The notes under the pieces: model-generated
Told to the model about the DNA's origin: nothing
Database searches by the model: none
Seen by the model: the letters and a program-made list of their open reading frames with translations, nothing else
NCBI RefSeq assembly: GCF_000148385.1
Contig: NC_014537.1
Span: forward strand, 1 to 32,000
Direction of reading: 5' to 3'
From: Vulcanisaeta distributa DSM 14429
GTDB taxonomy: Archaea > Thermoproteota > Thermoprotei > Thermoproteales > Thermocladiaceae
Length of the DNA stretch: 32,000 bases
Shown here: one piece after another, positions 24,842 to 32,000 of the stretch
How the letters are laid out: every line of letters starts with the position of its first letter
Position numbering within the stretch: the stretch's first letter is position 1
Position numbers and translations under genes: made by a program

Positions 24842-26374
24842 ATGCCCTTACCAATAATAGGTGGTGTTAAGCCTCCCTGGATTACGGAATTAGGTGGTGT
24901 TGCTTCAGAGCATCCAGTGGCCAGTAGGTTGGGTGTTGATGTGCTCAACCTCGGTGGTAATGCCATTGATGCCGCAGTAACCACATCACTTGCATTAGCC
25001 CTCACGCAACCGCACCTTGGTGGTCTTGGTGGGGACTTCTTCGCAATGATTTACATAGCCAGGGAGGGTAGGGTCTACTTCCTAAACGCCAGTGGGTGGG
25101 CACCGAGAAGATTAAGCAGAGAGTTACTACTGCAGAGGGGGTTGAATGCGGTGCCATTAAGGGGTCCATTATCGCCCGTAGTCCCTGGATTACTGGCGGG
25201 GCTTCACGCGATGTGGAGGCGCTTTGGAACTGATGAGTGGAGGTCTCTTGTAAGGCCTGTCGTTGAGGTTGCGAGGAAGGGCTTCCCAGTAAGCCCCAGC
25301 TTTGTTAAGGCCATAGAATTACTCAGGAATGAGATTGCTGGAAATAATGATTTTAAGTCCGTTTACCCAATAAATACTAAGCCCTGGGACGTAATAAGGA
25401 TAGAACCGTTAACCAAGACCTTCGAGTTAGTGATGGAGCACGGACCCGACATTCTATATCGAGGAGAGGTTGGTGAGGCCCTCGTGAATCACCTTCAGTC
25501 GGTTGGCGGTGTTATGGAGATGAGTGACTTAATGGAGTATGAACCTGAATGGCGTGATCCACTGAGCATTGATTATAAAGGGTTAACCATCTACGAATCA
25601 CCACCCAATACCCAGGGCATAACCACATTAATGATACTGAGACTTCTTGAGGAGTTAAGGGTGAGTGTCGATGCCTGGTCACGCGGCAGGATTGAGACTT
25701 ACCTAGGCATTTACAAAATCGCTTATGAGCTCAGGGATTTATACGTTGGCGACCCAAGGTTTGTTGAGGTACCAATTAATAAGCTCCTCGACCCGGGATT
25801 TCTCACGTCAGCGTATAAATCAGGGATTGGTAAGCAATTGAGTGGTTCTGGCGATACTACGTACTTCGTGGTTGTGGATAAGGAGGGTAATATCGTAAGT
25901 GCCATTCAAAGCCTGTACCAACACTTTGGTTCATTAGTTACCGAGCCCAGGTATGGAATTACACTCAATGATAGGGCCTCGGACTTCTCAATGGATGGAC
26001 CAAATGCATTAATGCCTAGGAAGAGACCACTTCACACATTAAGCACTATAATAATCACTAAGGATGGAGAACCAAAGTACGCACTTGGGACCTCCGGGGC
26101 ACACTTCAGGCCGCAGCAGCATACCCTATTTATAACGAACATGGTTGATTACGGATTAAGCCCTGTGGAGGCTATCGATGCGCCCAGGTTTTTGTGGGAT
26201 AGGAAGTCGTTAATCATCGAGGAGGGTTACGAAGTAACGGGCCTAACGGAGCTCCACCAAGTAATTAGGTACCCTGGGAGAACAGGCGTGGCAAGCATAG
26301 CCGCGTTTCTCGATAATGGTAGGAAACTGCTCTATGCCGATATACGTGGGGATGGGTTAGCCCTCGGTCAATAA
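24842..26374 (+). CDS. ggt: Gamma-glutamyltranspeptidase (Ntn hydrolase), apparently cytoplasmic
   Basis: GGVASEHPVASRLGVDVLNLGGNAIDAAV is the GGT N-terminal signature. The autoprocessing and nucleophile site is SGDTTYFVVVDKEGNIVS. No signal peptide is present. Confidence 0.93.
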   Translation: MPLPIIGGVKPPWITELGGVASEHPVASRLGVDVLNLGGNAIDAAVTTSLALALTQPHLGGLGGDFFAMIYIAREGRVYFLNASGWAPRRLSRELLLQRGLNAVPLRGPLSPVVPGLLAGLHAMWRRFGTDEWRSLVRPVVEVARKGFPVSPSFVKAIELLRNEIAGNNDFKSVYPINTKPWDVIRIEPLTKTFELVMEHGPDILYRGEVGEALVNHLQSVGGVMEMSDLMEYEPEWRDPLSIDYKGLTIYESPPNTQGITTLMILRLLEELRVSVDAWSRGRIETYLGIYKIAYELRDLYVGDPRFVEVPINKLLDPGFLTSAYKSGIGKQLSGSGDTTYFVVVDKEGNIVSAIQSLYQHFGSLVTEPRYGITLNDRASDFSMDGPNALMPRKRPLHTLSTIIITKDGEPKYALGTSGAHFRPQQHTLFITNMVDYGLSPVEAIDAPRFLWDRKSLIIEEGYEVTGLTELHQVIRYPGRTGVASIAAFLDNGRKLLYADIRGDGLALGQ

Positions 26375-26404
26375 CATTACGTTTATTACTATGGGTAATG
26401 GGCG

Positions 26405-26440
26405 TATAGGAAATCCTTATAAATAGGATGCATATCCTAT
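26405..26440 (+). promoter_or_regulatory. Promoter with nested inverted repeats (putative operator) for the ABC importer operon
   Basis: The sequence is TATAGGAAATCCTTATAAATAGGATGCATATCCTAT. The TATA-like CTTATAAATA (26416-26425) is centred about 27 nt before ATG 26447. A perfect 7-nt-arm inverted repeat, ATAGGAT-GCAT-ATCCTAT (26423-26440), lies between the TATA box and the start codon. An imperfect copy, ATAGGA-AA-TCCTTAT (26406-26420), overlaps the TATA box. Confidence 0.5.
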
Positions 26441-26446
26441 CACCGT

Positions 26447-27529
26447 ATGTCGAGAGGCATCTCAAAAGCGTTAATTGTGGGGATAGTCGTAATAATCGCC
26501 GTGATAATAATAGCCCTATACTACGTACTTCAACCCCACGTATTAAGGCAGGGCATGCCTAACGCCGGTGTTAATTACCCAATAACGGTAGTTGATTATT
26601 TAGGTCGTAACATCACGATCTACTCACAACCAAGCACCATAGGTACCATAAGCCCTGACTGTACACAGATAATATATGCACTCGGCTTTGGCAATAGGGT
26701 TGTCCTAATCGATGTTTACTCCGAGCAACTACTTAATTACTTAAACATCACAGTACCAAGTAATGCCACCACTATTAGCTCAATATATGAGTCACCACCG
26801 ATAGAACCAATAATAACCGCACACCCGTCATTACTCTGCGCAGATGCTGGTTTCCAGCCACAGCTCGTGCAGAGCGTTAGTACGTTAAGCGCGGCTAACA
26901 TTACCGTGATATTCATAGGCGGTACGGACAATACTAATGTGACTGGCATAGAAAATGACATAATGCTAATGGCCAAGGCACTCGGTGTTCCAGGTAAGGG
27001 TGAGGAGGTGGTAAGTCATATGAATAATGTCATAAATTACGTAAAGAGTAAGGTCTCAGGTGAGTCTAGGGTAACCGTAGCCTACATATCGTGGTATAAC
27101 CCAATCTATGTCGCAGGTAACTCCTCATTCGTTGGTTACTACATTAACTTAGCCGGTGGTTATGACCCATTCAGTGGGATGTACCCCACGGTTAGCCCAA
27201 GCCAACTATTAGCCGTTAACCCCGACTATATAATAGCCGATGATTTCATGGGCAACTACACAGCCACCCTTCAGGCAATACTCTCAATACCTGGAATAAA
27301 CAATACCAACGCCGTCAGAGAGGGCCATATATACGTGCTTGGGAATTTTGCGGAGAGTTTAATTGAGGAGCCTGGGCCTCTTTCCGTATATGGCGCCTTA
27401 TTACTCGCCGTCATACTCCACCCAAGCGCCTTTGGTCTTAACTCAACTGCCATACCGCATTACATAAGTGCCCAATGGGTTGATCAATACATTAAGCCAA
27501 ACCTAAACATTACATTGAGTAATGGGTGA
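26447..27529 (+). CDS. ABC transporter substrate-binding protein (Fe-chelate/cobalamin class, cluster A-II), membrane-anchored glycoprotein
   Basis: It has an N-terminal TM anchor. ISPDCTQIIYALGFGNRVVLID and NPDYIIADDF resemble BtuF/FhuD-type binding proteins. Many N-x-S/T sequons are present. It is first in a three-gene operon with a FecCD permease and an ATPase. Confidence 0.8.
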   Translation: MSRGISKALIVGIVVIIAVIIIALYYVLQPHVLRQGMPNAGVNYPITVVDYLGRNITIYSQPSTIGTISPDCTQIIYALGFGNRVVLIDVYSEQLLNYLNITVPSNATTISSIYESPPIEPIITAHPSLLCADAGFQPQLVQSVSTLSAANITVIFIGGTDNTNVTGIENDIMLMAKALGVPGKGEEVVSHMNNVINYVKSKVSGESRVTVAYISWYNPIYVAGNSSFVGYYINLAGGYDPFSGMYPTVSPSQLLAVNPDYIIADDFMGNYTATLQAILSIPGINNTNAVREGHIYVLGNFAESLIEEPGPLSVYGALLLAVILHPSAFGLNSTAIPHYISAQWVDQYIKPNLNITLSNG

Positions 27530-28527
27530 TGGCAACGATAAGTAACCCCACCATAAAATTCATATGGGCTTTCATCCCATTATTATTGATAGGTATTGTT
27601 CTAAATCTAATCATTGGTGAAGTTACGATTCCATTAAAGGCGCTGATTGATCCAACAAATACGTATAGAATCATAATAATGGATATTAGATTGCCCGAGG
27701 TACTTGCATGTATCGTGGTTGGTATTGACCTAACGGTTGCTGGTGCCGTTATGCAGGCGGTGTTTAGAAACCCACTTGCAGAGCCTTACGTAACCGGCAC
27801 GGCATCCGGAGCATTACTTGGCGCATTGCTTGGCTTATTAGCATACGCATTATTCAAGGCTAACCTACCCTCGCCGATAATAGTAATTCCAGTCCTATCA
27901 TTCCTAGGCGCCCTATTGGCCACGACTATTGTGGTGACCTTTGGCAGGGGATATTGGCTATCCCTCATCCTAGCCGGCATTGCCGTTTCAATAATGTTCT
28001 CCTCAATCGTAATGATACTAGACACGTACTTACTAACCCTAATCCCAACACTACCCGCCGTTATCTACCTACTATTTGGTACAGTGAGCGGTGTTAATTG
28101 GAGTGAGGATGTCGTAATGCTTGGCGTGAGCCTGCCAATCCTGGCATACATTGTTATGAGTGGCCGTGAAATTAATCTATTAATGATTAGTGACGAAATA
28201 GCCCAGGCCAGTGGCGTGAGCCCTAGGGCGTTTAGAAACCTACTAATTACGTTAGTTGGGCTATTAACCGCGGTGACGGTATCGTTTACAGGTATCATAG
28301 GCTTCGTAGGGCTCATGACGCCCCATTTAACCCGGCTATTAATATCAAGCTCCGATAATTCGAGGGTCATACCCCTATCAATGATTTCAGGCTCCACGAT
28401 AATGCTCTACGCAAATGTCGTTAGTAAGGTAATGATTCCCGGCGTTATAATGCCCATAACCGCAATAACCAGTCTCTTTGGTGTCCCGGTATTGCTAATA
28501 TTGCTCAGGGGTGGTCGTAATGAGTAG
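27526..28527 (+). CDS. ABC transporter permease, FecCD/BtuC family
   Basis: It is a protein with many hydrophobic TM segments and carries the family signature GIIGFVGLMTPHLTRLL. The start (GTG 27526 or ATG 27529) overlaps the upstream stop. Confidence 0.92.
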   Translation: MMATISNPTIKFIWAFIPLLLIGIVLNLIIGEVTIPLKALIDPTNTYRIIIMDIRLPEVLACIVVGIDLTVAGAVMQAVFRNPLAEPYVTGTASGALLGALLGLLAYALFKANLPSPIIVIPVLSFLGALLATTIVVTFGRGYWLSLILAGIAVSIMFSSIVMILDTYLLTLIPTLPAVIYLLFGTVSGVNWSEDVVMLGVSLPILAYIVMSGREINLLMISDEIAQASGVSPRAFRNLLITLVGLLTAVTVSFTGIIGFVGLMTPHLTRLLISSSDNSRVIPLSMISGSTIMLYANVVSKVMIPGVIMPITAITSLFGVPVLLILLRGGRNE

Positions 28528-29275
28528 TTTCATAGTTAGGTTCGTGAATGCGGAGATTGGTTATGATAGCCCAATAATTAAGGACATCGTATTAAACATA
28601 CCTAGGCCTAGCCTAACAACGTTACTTGGTCCCAATGGGTCTGGAAAGACCACGTTACTTAGAGCGATGATAAAGTATGCGAAGGTCTTTGGTGGTTACG
28701 TATACATTGATGATAGGGATATTAATGAATTATCCATTAAGGATCTGCCTAAGTACGTATCTTACTCACCGGCAGAGATTTACTCACAGATGGGATTGAC
28801 AGTCCTTGATGTTGTCATGAGTTCACGAAATGGTGATGGTTGGGTAGGTAAGGACGACGCGTTCATGGTTCTTAAACGTCTCGGCATAGATAATATTGCC
28901 AATAGGAGATTTGATGAGTTGAGTACAGGTCAGAAGAGGCTTGTATTGATAGCGAGGGCGTTGGCATCTAAGGCGCCGTTAATATTAATGGATGAACCAA
29001 CAACAAACCTAGACCTTAGTAATAAGTATAGGGTGATTGCAGTGCTAAGGAGGATTGTAAATGAAGGGATTACAGTGATAGCCGCTGGTCATGACATAGA
29101 CCTAGCGCTTGCCAGTGATTGGGTTGTGGCTATAAGAAATGGGGAGATTCTTGCCGTGGGTTCGCCTGAGGAGGTAATTAGTGATGGGATTTTAAGTGAG
29201 CTGTACGGCATTAATGTGAGGGTTGTTAGTGTTGATGGGCATAAACTTGTCTATGTTAGTGATGGTCACGTCTAA
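28520..29275 (+). CDS. ABC transporter ATP-binding protein (FepC/BtuD type)
   Basis: Walker A is GPNGSGKTT, the signature motif is LSTGQ and Walker B is LILMDEPT. ATG 28520 overlaps the permease stop by 8 nt. The tracked ORF starts at GTG 28511. Confidence 0.93.
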   Translation: MSSFIVRFVNAEIGYDSPIIKDIVLNIPRPSLTTLLGPNGSGKTTLLRAMIKYAKVFGGYVYIDDRDINELSIKDLPKYVSYSPAEIYSQMGLTVLDVVMSSRNGDGWVGKDDAFMVLKRLGIDNIANRRFDELSTGQKRLVLIARALASKAPLILMDEPTTNLDLSNKYRVIAVLRRIVNEGITVIAAGHDIDLALASDWVVAIRNGEILAVGSPEEVISDGILSELYGINVRVVSVDGHKLVYVSDGHV

Positions 29276-29330
29276 TTATTCTTACTAGCTATATTTATTG
29301 CTATTATTCCTATTGAAGCACTAAGAAAAA

Positions 29331-29340
29331 TTTATTTATA
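29331..29340 (+). promoter_or_regulatory. TATA box (TTTATTTATA) for aor; the transcript is probably leaderless
   Basis: The element ends 23 nt upstream of ATG 29363. Confidence 0.5.
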
Positions 29341-29362
29341 ACGTGTTTAGGTAATCGCCGCT

Positions 29363-31201
29363 ATGTTTGGATGGGGTGGACGTATATTAAGGATTGATCT
29401 CTCTAGGAAAAAATTCATCGTGCAGCAGTTAGACCCATCCCTTGCACAGAATTACATTGGTGGCAGGGGCTTTGCGGTAAAGACGCTTTGGGACGAGCTA
29501 CCGCCTGGCATCGACCCATTAAGTCCATTAAATAAGTTAATACTGGCTGTTGGTCCATTGACGGCGTTACCAATACCCAATAGCGGTAAGTTGCTCGTGG
29601 CTGCTAAGAGTCCATTAACAAGTGGTTATGGGGATGGCAATGTCGGTACATGGTTAGCGGTTCACATGAGGAAGGCTGGGCTCGATATGATAATAATTGA
29701 GGGTAAGGCCGAGAGACCCACGTACCTATACATCGAGAATAGGGGCGACGAGTTTAGGGTCGATTTTAATAGTGCTGAGGATTTATGGGGTCTTGACACG
29801 TTCACCACGGAGGATAAGCTGAAGAGGGTTCACGGTAGTGACGTTGGCATGGTCTTGATAGGGCCTGCTGGTGAAAGGCTCGTGAGGTTTGCAACGATTG
29901 TTGCTCAGAAGGGCCGTAGTGGTGGTAGGCCTGGCATGGGGGCCGTCATGGGTAGTAAGAACCTGAAGGCGGTGGTGATGAGGGGTCACGGTGACATTAA
30001 GGTCGCGGACCCGGTGCTTAGGAAGATTGGTGTTGATGCGATAGTGGCCACGAAGTCTAAGCCGAACTACCCATTCTGGATGAGGCAGGGAACCACGTCA
30101 ACCGTTGAATGGGCGCAGGAGGCCAGTGTATTACCGACGTATAACTATACCGAGGGTCAATTTGATGAGTATGAGAAGATTGGCGGGTTCTCAGTTGAGA
30201 GGAGTAAGGTCATGACCAGGTCATGCCCACAGTGCGTTATGGCTTGCGGGCATGTGGTTAAGGATGCGGAGGGTGAGCTTGCTGAGTTGGATTATGAGAA
30301 TATTGCAATGCTTGGCAGTAATCTTGGTATTGGTGACTTAGCGAAGGTTGCCCATTTAAATAGGATTGCTGACATGATGGGTATGGATACGATAAGCCTA
30401 GGCTCCACGCTTGGCTTTGCAATGGAAGCTTCAGAGAAGGGTCTTCTTAAGGAGAGGATTGAGTGGGGTGATTATAAGAGGGCTGCTGAGGTTGCCATGG
30501 ACATAGCGCTGCAGAGGACGAAGTTAGGTAGGCTACTTGGTAGGGGGGTTAGGGCAGCATCAATGGAGTTGGGGCCTGAGGCGACGGAGTTTGCGATGCA
30601 TGTTAAGGGCTTAGAGGTAAGTGCCTATGACTGCCACGCAGCACCGGGAATGGCGCTGGCATTCTCCACAAGCCCCATTGGTGCTCATCATAAGGATGCC
30701 TGGTTAATATCCTGGGAGGTTCAAAGGGGTAGGTTTGACTATACCAGGGAGAAGGTTGAGAAATTGATCGAGATGCAGGACATTAGGGGCGGTTTATTCG
30801 AGACCATAGTGACGTGTAGGTTCCCATGGGTTGAGGTGGGGCTTGAGCTTGATTGGTACTTCCGCCTGTTCAAGGCTGCCACGGGCATGGACATGAACAT
30901 GGAGATACTAAGCACCATAAATAATAGGATTTATACATTAATTAGGGCGTTCTGGATTAGGGAGTATGGTCATTGGGATAGGGCCTATGACACACCACCT
31001 GCTAAGTGGTTTAAGAGACCGTTGAGTAAAGGTCCGCTTAAGGGTGCTAAGCTTGATCATGATGGTTATCAGAGAATGCTTAGTTGGTACTATGAATTGA
31101 GGGGTTGGGATGAGAGGGGTATACCGAGGAAGGATACCCTGAGGCGCCTGGGGCTTGAATTCGTTATCCCGCAACTCGAGACTAAGGTCAACCTTAATTA
31201 A
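29363..31201 (+). CDS. aor: Tungsten-type aldehyde:ferredoxin oxidoreductase (AOR family)
   Basis: The N-terminus MFGWGGRILRIDLS...YIGGRGFAVK...DPLSPLNKLILAVGPLT is typical of AOR. The 4Fe-4S ligand motif is CPQCVMACGH. 612 aa. Confidence 0.95.
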   Translation: MFGWGGRILRIDLSRKKFIVQQLDPSLAQNYIGGRGFAVKTLWDELPPGIDPLSPLNKLILAVGPLTALPIPNSGKLLVAAKSPLTSGYGDGNVGTWLAVHMRKAGLDMIIIEGKAERPTYLYIENRGDEFRVDFNSAEDLWGLDTFTTEDKLKRVHGSDVGMVLIGPAGERLVRFATIVAQKGRSGGRPGMGAVMGSKNLKAVVMRGHGDIKVADPVLRKIGVDAIVATKSKPNYPFWMRQGTTSTVEWAQEASVLPTYNYTEGQFDEYEKIGGFSVERSKVMTRSCPQCVMACGHVVKDAEGELAELDYENIAMLGSNLGIGDLAKVAHLNRIADMMGMDTISLGSTLGFAMEASEKGLLKERIEWGDYKRAAEVAMDIALQRTKLGRLLGRGVRAASMELGPEATEFAMHVKGLEVSAYDCHAAPGMALAFSTSPIGAHHKDAWLISWEVQRGRFDYTREKVEKLIEMQDIRGGLFETIVTCRFPWVEVGLELDWYFRLFKAATGMDMNMEILSTINNRIYTLIRAFWIREYGHWDRAYDTPPAKWFKRPLSKGPLKGAKLDHDGYQRMLSWYYELRGWDERGIPRKDTLRRLGLEFVIPQLETKVNLN

Positions 31202-31221
31202 ATGAATATTAATAATGAAAT

Positions 31222-31232
31222 AAATTTATATA
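31222..31232 (+). promoter_or_regulatory. TATA box (AAATTTATATA) for the adenosyltransferase gene
   Basis: The element ends 26 nt upstream of ATG 31258. Confidence 0.45.
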
Positions 31233-31257
31233 ATGACTAATTTACAATTGATATATA

Positions 31258-31866
31258 ATGAGTAACGAGTGCCGTTTACCTTTATTTGTGGATTGCAAGG
31301 AGGTCGACGATAGCATCAAATGCCCTGGCGATAGTGGCTACAGCGTAATACCGCTGTTTGGTAAGAGGGTTAGAGTTCGTAAGGACTCGGCGCCAATAAA
31401 GTTAATGGGGTGCCTAGATGAATTAACGAACATAGCCAATAATGCTAGGCTCAACTTTAATGATAATGCAGTAAGTAGGATAGCGGCTATCGTTATGGCC
31501 CTCTCCATGCAGTTAAATGCTTACCTCGTTCAGGGCAGTGATGATAGGTTAACTAGGGTTAAAAATGTCGAGGACTTATTAATGGCTAAGGTTGCTGAGC
31601 TATGCCGTGGATTTAAAGGGCCGCTTGGCTGGATAATAGCTACTACGCCCGAACTTCAAGCCCTCGATACAATGAGGGTTAAGTTGAGGGAATGTGGTAG
31701 AATTGCCGCTTCGATGCTTGATGACTACCCACTATCATCAAACATAATTGGTGTTATGAATCATGCCGATAAGTTAGTTGCCCAGGCCATGTACTGCATG
31801 GGTGGTCGTGTGTTTAAGTCTGTCGATGATGCCGTGAATTACTTACTAAGTAATGCCACGGGATAA
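31258..31866 (+). CDS. Probable ATP:cob(I)alamin adenosyltransferase, PduO type
   Basis: GDSGYSVIPLFGKRVRVRKDSAPIKLMGCLDELTNIANNARL parallels the PduO/MMAB N-terminal pattern (GDxGxT.L..G.R..KD...v...G.lDELns). It has the length expected of a four-helix-bundle protein. An extra Cys-containing N-terminal extension of about 20 aa is present. Confidence 0.65.
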   Translation: MSNECRLPLFVDCKEVDDSIKCPGDSGYSVIPLFGKRVRVRKDSAPIKLMGCLDELTNIANNARLNFNDNAVSRIAAIVMALSMQLNAYLVQGSDDRLTRVKNVEDLLMAKVAELCRGFKGPLGWIIATTPELQALDTMRVKLRECGRIAASMLDDYPLSSNIIGVMNHADKLVAQAMYCMGGRVFKSVDDAVNYLLSNATG

Positions 31867-31905
31867 AGACAGATTTATTAGTTAATAATTAATTGTAATT
31901 TATTA

Positions 31906-32000
31906 ATGGAGAGTACGGATAAGATTAAGGAAAAGTATGATGAGTGGGTTAGAGAATTCCTATTACCGACCCTTAGGAAATTACCTGAATGGAGAAAATT
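31906..32000 (+). CDS. 5' fragment of a probable methylmalonyl-CoA mutase (large/catalytic subunit), truncated by the window end
   Basis: The ATG at 31906 is preceded by an A/T-rich TATA-like region. The translation MESTDKIKEKYDEWVREFLLPTLRKLPEWRK resembles archaeal MCM N-termini (..W......L.K.PERK). Only 31 codons are visible. Adjacency to a PduO-type gene supports the call. Confidence 0.4.
   Translation, partial: MESTDKIKEKYDEWVREFLLPTLRKLPEWRK

Noticed and set aside
24842-26374. GGT lacking a signal peptide, considered as an anomaly
   Set aside because: Leaderless or cytoplasmic GGT homologues are common in archaea. The autoprocessing Thr motif is intact, so this is not unusual enough to flag.
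1-32000. Search for tRNA, rRNA, CRISPR repeats, IS elements or MITEs, integrases and known defence-system genes
   Set aside because: There are no T-loop-like GGTTCRAATCC motifs in a non-coding context, no G+C-rich structured RNA-sized gaps, no regularly spaced repeats, and no transposase, integrase, Cas or restriction-like ORFs. The window is almost entirely coding.

Overview
This is a densely packed crenarchaeal chromosomal segment. All intergenic gaps are under 130 nt and several genes overlap. Gene content, about 45% G+C and A/T-rich TATA boxes 22-30 nt upstream of start codons fit a Thermoproteales-type hyperthermophile of the Vulcanisaeta/Caldivirga kind; that assignment is inference only. 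Most genes are information-processing housekeeping. They include orc1/cdc6, ribosomal proteins L10e, LX, L11, L1 and P0, secE, spt5, ftsY, prefoldin alpha, NAC, alaS, aMBF1, hflX, TFE and two THUMP-domain proteins. Metabolic and transport genes are a CitE-like lyase, a Zn-ADH, a DPM-synthase-like GT2, NADH oxidase/CoADR, GGT, a FecCD/BtuCD-type ABC importer, a tungsten-type AOR, a PduO-type adenosyltransferase and the 5' end of a probable methylmalonyl-CoA mutase. I found no tRNA, rRNA, CRISPR array, IS element or recognisable defence system. The items most worth a second look are: (1) a membrane-anchored DsbA-like protein whose motif order looks circularly permuted; (2) a low-G+C orphan gene with an HExxH...HELIAW gluzincin-like signature; (3) an overlapping three-gene module of a glyco-anchored protein, a 4-TM protein and a small wHTH; (4) a nested palindromic operator over the ABC-importer promoter, in a B12-flavoured neighbourhood; (5) an unusually long, structured L1-P0 spacer in a stalk cluster that lacks L12/P1. 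All functional calls rest on motif recognition by eye, with no database searches.
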